This document shows, piece by piece, positions 60,092 to 64,000 of a stretch of DNA of 64,000 nt. This stretch comes from a virus, in the IMG/VR virus record IMGVR_UViG_3300043493_000021, positions 79-64,078 of that record. The stretch is one strand, 5' to 3'. The first letter of the stretch is position 1. Every line of letters begins with the position of its first letter. Position numbers and translations under genes: made by a program. Under the pieces are notes generated by a model. The model had not been told where the DNA came from, searched no databases, and saw only the letters and a program-made list of their open reading frames with translations.

Positions 60092-60307
60092 ATGAGCCGA
60101 TATGATCTTCATGCAGACATGATGAACGCGATGACTAACGTGGTTCTCAAGCGTGTGGAGAACTGCGTCAAAGGCTTGCAGGCCGATCCTTCAGCAACAT
60201 CAAATGAGCATGTCGTCGGTTATTCGTCCGGCTTCCAAGCGGCAAAACGCGCTATGCTGGATATGTTAACCGACTTTTCCGAGTTGCGGACGAAGGAGAG
60301 CGGGTAA
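60092..60307 (+). CDS. Hypothetical protein between the direct repeats
   Basis: RBS GGAGG; 71 aa; lower GC than its flanks by eye. Confidence 0.55.
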   Translation: MSRYDLHADMMNAMTNVVLKRVENCVKGLQADPSATSNEHVVGYSSGFQAAKRAMLDMLTDFSELRTKESG

Positions 60308-60350
60308 TGTGGCTGACCATGGGAGTTGGCGTGCCGCCAGCTTCGCCGCC

Positions 60351-60881
60351 TTGAGCGAGAAGCCAGCCAGGATCGTCGCGCGCCGCCTCGCGGGACGAGA
60401 CCATGCGGTGATCACCGTGCATGGCGGCGGGGGCACCTACCGCCGCGAACCATGCGAGAAATGTCCATGGCGCAAGGACACGGTCGGCGAGTTTCCGGCT
60501 GATGCCTTCCGATACTCGGCGAACACGGCGACCGACGGCGCACGCGCACTGGGCGATATAGACGCGGCGATGCACACGTTCGGGTGCCACGATAGCGGGG
60601 CCAGGAAACCGGCGATCTGCGCTGGGTATATCTTGCGGAGCCAGGACGCCATCGGCTGGCGGATCGGTGCGTCGACGGGCAAGTTCGATCCGGCCAAGGT
60701 CAGTTCAAGCGTTCCGTTGTTCGACAATTATTATGAGATGGCGGTCGCCAACGGGGTGTCGCCGGAGGATCCCGCGTTGCGGTGGTGTAAGCCGCACGAT
60801 CCGCGTGAGCCATTCCCGAGATCGCGGAAGCTGATCGCGGACGCTATCGAGGCGGCGATGACGAATTGGAACGAACCATGA
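60351..60881 (+). CDS. Zn-binding protein, DUF6283-like
   Basis: EPCEKCPWRKD..GEFP..AF..SA.T...FGCH.......ICAG. Start uncertain (TTG 60351). Confidence 0.5.
   Translation: MSEKPARIVARRLAGRDHAVITVHGGGGTYRREPCEKCPWRKDTVGEFPADAFRYSANTATDGARALGDIDAAMHTFGCHDSGARKPAICAGYILRSQDAIGWRIGASTGKFDPAKVSSSVPLFDNYYEMAVANGVSPEDPALRWCKPHDPREPFPRSRKLIADAIEAAMTNWNEP
60358..60404 (+). repeat. 47-bp perfect direct repeat, copy 2
   Basis: Identical to 60027-60073; encodes KPARIVARRLAGRDH. Confidence 0.95.
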
Positions 60882-61090
60882 GCGAGAAGCCAGATACACC
60901 CGAGCAAAACCGCGAGGAATATCTCGGCGACGGGCTCTACGTGAGCTTCGATGGCTGGGGGGTCAGATTGCGGGCACCCAGGGAGGGGGGCGATCATTTC
61001 GTCGTGATTGACCCAGAAATATGGTTGGCGTTGCGCCAGTGGGTCAACCGATGGCGAGGGGTCAAGCGGCACCTGGAAGGTCAGCAATGA
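60878..61090 (+). CDS. Conserved small phage protein
   Basis: EYLGDGLYVSFDG....LRA......H.....PE.W..L..W. Confidence 0.55.
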   Translation: MSEKPDTPEQNREEYLGDGLYVSFDGWGVRLRAPREGGDHFVVIDPEIWLALRQWVNRWRGVKRHLEGQQ

Positions 61091-61284
61091 CCGACGAGGA
61101 GAAGCGCCGACTGACCGCGTGCCAGGGGATATGCCTCTTGCTCGGGACCGAAGCACTGATGCGGATCATGGATAGCATGGAGCGGGATGACTTCTCCGAG
61201 GACCACAAAAAGTGGATGGAGCAACAACGCATCCACCTGACCGCCTTTCTTCAGGTTCTGGAAGTTGCCGTGGAGGACGCATGA
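61087..61284 (+). CDS. Hypothetical protein
   Basis: ATGA-coupled. Confidence 0.45.
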   Translation: MTDEEKRRLTACQGICLLLGTEALMRIMDSMERDDFSEDHKKWMEQQRIHLTAFLQVLEVAVEDA

Positions 61285-61880
61285 CCATCATCGCATTCGA
61301 CTTCGAGACAAATGGGCTCCCGTTGTGGAACGTCGCGAGCGACGACCCACGGCAACCGCACATCGTCCAGATGGCCTTGGTGGCCTATACGGATACGGGT
61401 CTTGAGATGACCCATGATTGCGTGATCGTCAGACCGGACGGCTGGACCATCACACCGGAACTGACCGCGATCCACGGCATCAGCTACCAGCGGGCGATGG
61501 ACGAGGGCATCCCGGAAAAGGCGGCGGCGGAGATGTATCTCGATACGATGACGGATGCGGTTCTCCGGGTGGCGCACAACGTCGCCTTCGACGTCCGTAT
61601 CGCGCGGATCGCCTTGCTCAGGTCTGGCTACGCGCGGGGACTGATCGAGAAGCTGGAGGCGAGGCCGCAATTTTGCACATGCGAAACGGCCAAGCCCATC
61701 GTCAAAGCGCCGCTGACGCAAAAGCAAATCGCGGCTGGGTTCGGGGGGTTCAAAAGTCCGAACCTCGCGGAGACGATGCGCCATTTCTTCGATGAGGAAA
61801 TCAAGGGAGCGCATGACGCGCTGGTCGACGCGCGGTGTTCCGGTCGGATCTACTTTCACATGACAAAGGTGCCCGCATGA
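61281..61880 (+). CDS. DEDDh 3'-5' exonuclease (DnaQ-like)
   Basis: IAFDFETNG (ExoI), VAHNVAFD (ExoII), GAHDALVDA (ExoIII); HGIS. Confidence 0.85.
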   Translation: MTIIAFDFETNGLPLWNVASDDPRQPHIVQMALVAYTDTGLEMTHDCVIVRPDGWTITPELTAIHGISYQRAMDEGIPEKAAAEMYLDTMTDAVLRVAHNVAFDVRIARIALLRSGYARGLIEKLEARPQFCTCETAKPIVKAPLTQKQIAAGFGGFKSPNLAETMRHFFDEEIKGAHDALVDARCSGRIYFHMTKVPA

Positions 61881-62776
61881 CCGCTCGCAAGAAGCCCGCC
61901 GAACACCTGGAGATCCAAGGTGAGGTGGTGGGCGGCGCGGCCCAGACGGTCGCCACGCGGCCCGAGACCCAGGTGGCCACGACGGGTGAGGGCCAGACCA
62001 TCCGGAGCGCGATCATCGAGTTCGCCCGAGATCCGAATTTCGACGTGGAAAAATTACGCGCGCTGAATGACCTCCAAAACTCGGTTGAAGATCGGCAATC
62101 CAAGAGGCTCTTCCAGGAAGCATTCGTTCGGCTTCAGGCTGACCTACCGGTGGTCCACCGCGATGGCTCCCTGGAATACGAGAAGGTGAAGGGAAACCCG
62201 GCGACCAAATACGTCGTCGCCAAATTCGCACGCTACGAGGACATCGCGAAAGCGATCCAGCCAATTCTCGGTCAGCATAAGTTCTCGGTTTCGTTCGACG
62301 TCCAGCAACGCGATGGCGGCGGTCTTCTCGTGTCGTGCAACCTCGGTCACGAAGCTGGTCACGTCCAGCCGGGGCCCCAGATCCCGGTCCCGCTCGACAC
62401 ATCGGGGGGTAAGAACGACGTCCAGGCGTATGGATCGGCGCTCTCGTATGGGAAACGATACGGGCTCTTCGCGGTGCTGAACATCATCACCGAGGGCGAC
62501 GACGACGACGGCGTGGCGGCTGGCGGAAGGCCGATCAGCTTCGACGAGGCCGCTCAGATCAAGGGCATGGTCGCCGAGGCGGGGATCTACAACGAGAGCG
62601 ACACGGAGGAGGAGCGGAAGCTCAAGATCCTGGCGTGGTTCGACGACGTCCTCGGCTACGACCTACCCAAGGGCTACCCGTCGATCCGCACCGAGGACGG
62701 CGTCCGCGTGCGCCGCGCGCTCCTCTCGCTGAAAGCCAAACGGCTCACTCAGAAGGCGGAGGAGGTGAAGATCTGA
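61877..62776 (+). CDS. erf: ERF-family ssDNA-annealing recombinase
   Basis: A...LQ..LP.V..., FA..EDI..AI.PIL..H..S.SF, L.H..G, Q..GSA.SYGKRY.L...L.I....DDDG. Confidence 0.85.
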   Translation: MTARKKPAEHLEIQGEVVGGAAQTVATRPETQVATTGEGQTIRSAIIEFARDPNFDVEKLRALNDLQNSVEDRQSKRLFQEAFVRLQADLPVVHRDGSLEYEKVKGNPATKYVVAKFARYEDIAKAIQPILGQHKFSVSFDVQQRDGGGLLVSCNLGHEAGHVQPGPQIPVPLDTSGGKNDVQAYGSALSYGKRYGLFAVLNIITEGDDDDGVAAGGRPISFDEAAQIKGMVAEAGIYNESDTEEERKLKILAWFDDVLGYDLPKGYPSIRTEDGVRVRRALLSLKAKRLTQKAEEVKI

Positions 62777-63495
62777 TGCCGAAGTTCATCACCGACGTCG
62801 AGCAAGGCTCGGATGCGTGGCGCGAACTCCGCCTGGGTATCCCGACCGCCTCCTCGTTCGACCGCATCATCACCGAGGTCAAAGGCGAGATGGCCGCTGG
62901 CCGGTGGAAGTATGCCTACGAACTGGCGTGTGAGCGGCTCCTCCATGAGGACACGAGCTTGCCGCTGGATGGGTTGCACTGGGTCGAGCGCGGCAAGCTC
63001 CTCGAAGCGGACGCGGTCAAACATTACGAGGCGATCGCGGGCGCGACGACCGACCGGATCGGCCTGATCATGACCGACGACCAGTCGATGGCGTGCTCAC
63101 CGGATCGGATCCAGACGGACAAGTTGATCGGTTTAGAAATAAAATGTCCGTCGGCTCCCGTCCACGCCCAGTATATGCGCGAAGGTCCGGGGAAAGCCTA
63201 CCGGTGGCAAGTCTACGGCTCTCTATTGATCAGCCAATTTGAGGCGTGGTGCTTTGAATCGTATCATCCGAACCTCCGCGAGGTGATCATCCGCTATGAC
63301 CGGACCCCGGAAGCGACGGCGGAGATCAAAAAGCTCGACGCCGCGCTGACCCAGTTCCGCGCCGAGGTGGACGAGATCGAAGCCTTCCTTCGCCGCGAGG
63401 GGTTCGTCGATCCGATGGTCGCTCTCCCGAAACGGGCCGAGGACGAGTGGCGCAAGATGCTCGAAGCCGATCCCGGCATGTGGGCGCTGGCATGA
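62776..63495 (+). CDS. YqaJ/lambda-exonuclease-like recombination nuclease
   Basis: EQGSD.W...RLG.PTAS....I, RG..LE..A...YE, ACSPD......GLEIKCP, Y.WQV.G.L. Confidence 0.85.
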   Translation: MPKFITDVEQGSDAWRELRLGIPTASSFDRIITEVKGEMAAGRWKYAYELACERLLHEDTSLPLDGLHWVERGKLLEADAVKHYEAIAGATTDRIGLIMTDDQSMACSPDRIQTDKLIGLEIKCPSAPVHAQYMREGPGKAYRWQVYGSLLISQFEAWCFESYHPNLREVIIRYDRTPEATAEIKKLDAALTQFRAEVDEIEAFLRREGFVDPMVALPKRAEDEWRKMLEADPGMWALA

Positions 63496-63788
63496 CCGGC
63501 GGCATCGTCATCCCAACCTGGATGTGCGCGGCTTGCGGCTACGTGATGAACCGCGCCGCCCCGGCTGACCGAGCCTGGAACAGATCGCCTGGAGAGAGCG
63601 ACATCCTGATGTGCGCTGGATGCGGCAAGCTCTACACGATCCGTTCCGGCGAGCGGGTGGCGATCACGCCGGAGGACATCGCCTCGATGTCACCCGAGGA
63701 GCAAGAGGAACTCGCCGTCGCGGAACTGGCCAGGATAGCCGCCTTCGGTCGCCGCGTGCGAATGAAACGGGGGAAACCCAATGGCTGA
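63492..63788 (+). CDS. Small Zn-ribbon protein
   Basis: CAACG...P...D...CAGCG. Confidence 0.5.
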   Translation: MTGGIVIPTWMCAACGYVMNRAAPADRAWNRSPGESDILMCAGCGKLYTIRSGERVAITPEDIASMSPEEQEELAVAELARIAAFGRRVRMKRGKPNG

Positions 63789-64000
63789 CCCCGGACACCT
63801 GGAACGGCTGACCAAAGAAGCCGCTGATCAGGGCAAGCTAATCGAAGCTGGCTGGATCGCGTTGCGTATCGGCCTGGTCCCAAACGCACCGGCCTCCATG
63901 ATTGACGGCATGAGGGTCGCCTACATGGCCGGGGCCCAGCACGTATTCGCTTCCATGATGACCATGATGGACGCGGGGGACGAGGCGACGGAAGCCGATA
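63781..64000 (+). CDS. Conserved phage protein (runs off the window edge)
   Basis: DQGKLIEAGW..LR.....AP......MR.AY.AGAQH.F.SMM; open at the right edge. Confidence 0.5.
   Translation, partial: MADPGHLERLTKEAADQGKLIEAGWIALRIGLVPNAPASMIDGMRVAYMAGAQHVFASMMTMMDAGDEATEAD

Noticed and set aside
59121-64000. Paralogy between 59121-59357 and 63781-end (AFESGA vs AYMAGA)
   Set aside because: Similarity limited to about six residues; not supportable.
1-64000. Integrase, exosortase, endolysin/holin cassette, CRISPR/Cas or RM methyltransferase
   Set aside because: No ORF with the corresponding motifs recognised; they may lie outside the window.

Overview
This window is a contiguous 64-kb segment of a high-GC tailed dsDNA phage genome with podovirus-type virion genes. 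The host is probably a Gram-negative proteobacterium, possibly alpha (inference). No host housekeeping genes, integrase, rRNA, tRNA or CRISPR array were recognised. It has four blocks. (1) 1-39.7 kb, minus strand, morphogenesis: terS, a ~900-bp gap, terL, portal, GroES-like co-chaperonin, scaffold, Mu gpT-like major capsid, tail adaptors/tube, a 1527-aa internal virion protein with an SLT domain, a 2698-aa polyvalent protein (ParB-like, zincin HExxH, JAB-like), and fibres/tailspikes. (2) 40.0-46.9 kb, plus strand: a Ycf46-like AAA+ three-gene cassette followed by an array of small ORFs. (3) 47.0-58.4 kb, minus strand: Cro-like regulator, RusA, DnaB, an HNH-containing replication initiator and accessory genes, including two tandem PEP-CTERM proteins. 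(4) 58.5-64 kb, plus strand: early genes with a DEDDh exonuclease, ERF and a YqaJ-type exonuclease. Most unusual observations: phage-encoded PEP-CTERM surface proteins; Tat/Sec signal peptides on three tail-module proteins; a repeated x-x-G-G motif partitioning four virion-module proteins, in a genome with a JAB-like protease domain but no recognisable prohead protease; a repeated, covarying structured 5' leader element; and a strand-skew inversion centred in the terS-terL gap. All family calls come from motif recognition by eye; no database search was run.
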